A stretch of DNA of 63,314 nt, filler included, from Licmophora abbreviata (lineage: Eukaryota), in NCBI GenBank assembly GCA_900291995.1. It is 18 parts of 18 records of this genome, joined end to end, with 100 filler letters (N's around TTAATTAATTAA, not from the genome) between each part and the next. Parts side by side here need not be neighbours in the genome. Positions count along the whole stretch, not along the records: positions 61,651 to 63,314 come from OLMU01001937.1; 17 more parts are not named here. The stretch is one strand, 5' to 3'. This document shows positions 62,407 through 63,314 of the stretch, piece after piece. Positions within the stretch are counted from its first letter, which is position 1. The number at the start of each line of letters is the position of its first letter. The position numbers and the translations under genes were made by a program. The notes below the pieces were generated by a model. It did not search any database and was not told the DNA's origin. It saw nothing but the letters and a program-made list of their open reading frames with translations.

Positions 62407-63314
62407 TCAGCCGCGCGCGGCGGTCAGATCGAAGCTGATATCGACGGTCGCGCCCAGAGAGTCCGTGCCATCGCCACCGATCCCGAAACTGCGCCGATCC
62501 ACGCTGAGCCCGCCAGTGGCAGAGGCTGTGTCGCCATCGATGGTGAGGTCGAACGGCATCTCGACCGGCACAGACTGATCCTTGATGGTCAGCGTGCCGC
62601 GCGCCAGTTTGCCGGTTTCAGTGGTCAGGATATCGGCCTGGAACGTGGCGGTGGGGAAGTTTTCGGCGTTGAAATATTCCTTGCCCATGGCCTGATCGGT
62701 GACCGATCCCAAGGTGAGCGATCCGATGGATATGGTTACAGTGACCTCGCCGTGGCGGTTGTTTGCATCGGGCTGCTCGGCATAGCTGATCTCGGCGGTC
62801 CAGTCGGCGAAGCTTCCGGTGACCTGACTGCCCATCTGGGTGATGCTGATGTTCAACGTGCCTTGCTGAACCTGCCATTCGCTGTCGACGGCGGCCAAAG
62901 TGGCCATGCCCGTGGCACCCGCCCCCTTGGAGAACCAGCCCAAGGCACCGGCGCCACCCAGAACCGCCGCCCAGACCGCAAGTGCTGTCACGAAGGGCAG
63001 GAGATGCCCGGGTTGCCTGGCGGTGGGATGCGCGGGGTTCAGGCCGGGCAGCATCCGGCGCAAGGTGGCATCGCCGTCGATCACGTGATGCTTGAGTGCG
63101 CCCGCCACATGCAGTGTGATCGCACCGATCAGCACCCATTGCAGCACGAAATGCACAACGCCCGAAATCTCGGCCAGATGCGGGTCTTGCGGCACGAAAG
63201 GCAGGGTTTGCCCGAAGGGCCACCAGATCGGCGCAAAGCCCGTGGTGGCGGCGTGATGCACCCAGCCCGACAAGGGCACCAGCACCAGAGAGCCGTAAAG
63301 CAGCCAGTGCACGG
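62407..63314 (-). CDS. Cytochrome b561-YceI fusion protein, 5' truncated by the window edge
   Basis: HWLLY...PLSGW and H...LHVAGALKHH..D.D.TL.RM, then a YceI domain (G.F..W, GTLTIK, DR..FGIG). Confidence 0.88.
   Translation of the reverse strand, partial: VHWLLYGSLVLVPLSGWVHHAATTGFAPIWWPFGQTLPFVPQDPHLAEISGVVHFVLQWVLIGAITLHVAGALKHHVIDGDATLRRMLPGLNPAHPTARQPGHLLPFVTALAVWAAVLGGAGALGWFSKGAGATGMATLAAVDSEWQVQQGTLNISITQMGSQVTGSFADWTAEISYAEQPDANNRHGEVTVTISIGSLTLGSVTDQAMGKEYFNAENFPTATFQADILTTETGKLARGTLTIKDQSVPVEMPFDLTIDGDTASATGGLSVDRRSFGIGGDGTDSLGATVDISFDLTAARG

Overview
GC-rich alphaproteobacterial DNA. Gene content and synteny point to Rhodobacteraceae/Roseobacter clade (inference). The window is a draft scaffold of 18 contig pieces joined by 17 artificial 100-nt spacers (N44-TTAATTAATTAA-N44), so several genes are split across gaps and some contig ends are duplicated. 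Most of it is core genome: dusA, ruvX, ccmI, soxBDAG, sodB, rarD, LOG, an ATM1-type ABC exporter, an RND pump, yfgM-bamB-der, serS, yajC-secD-secF, ccmABCDG, acnA, clpS, hemF, fliG, purB, glnB-glnA, nnr, tRNA-Leu(TAG)-tig, rpsF-rpsR-rplI and yceI genes. No transposase, integrase, phage gene or CRISPR array was seen. The most notable item is a three-gene cobalt nitrile hydratase-family operon with a split beta subunit in thiocyanate-hydrolase (scnBAC) order, carrying a CSCYPR active-site motif. Also notable: an apparent secD-secF fusion broken by one extra base, a heavily decayed FAD oxidoreductase pseudogene upstream of dusA, tandem AT-rich palindromic elements, an 11-bp tandem repeat between serS and yajC, an RND permease with an extra membrane insert, and a degenerate Hint-domain protein. 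All product calls are from motif recognition by eye, not database searches.
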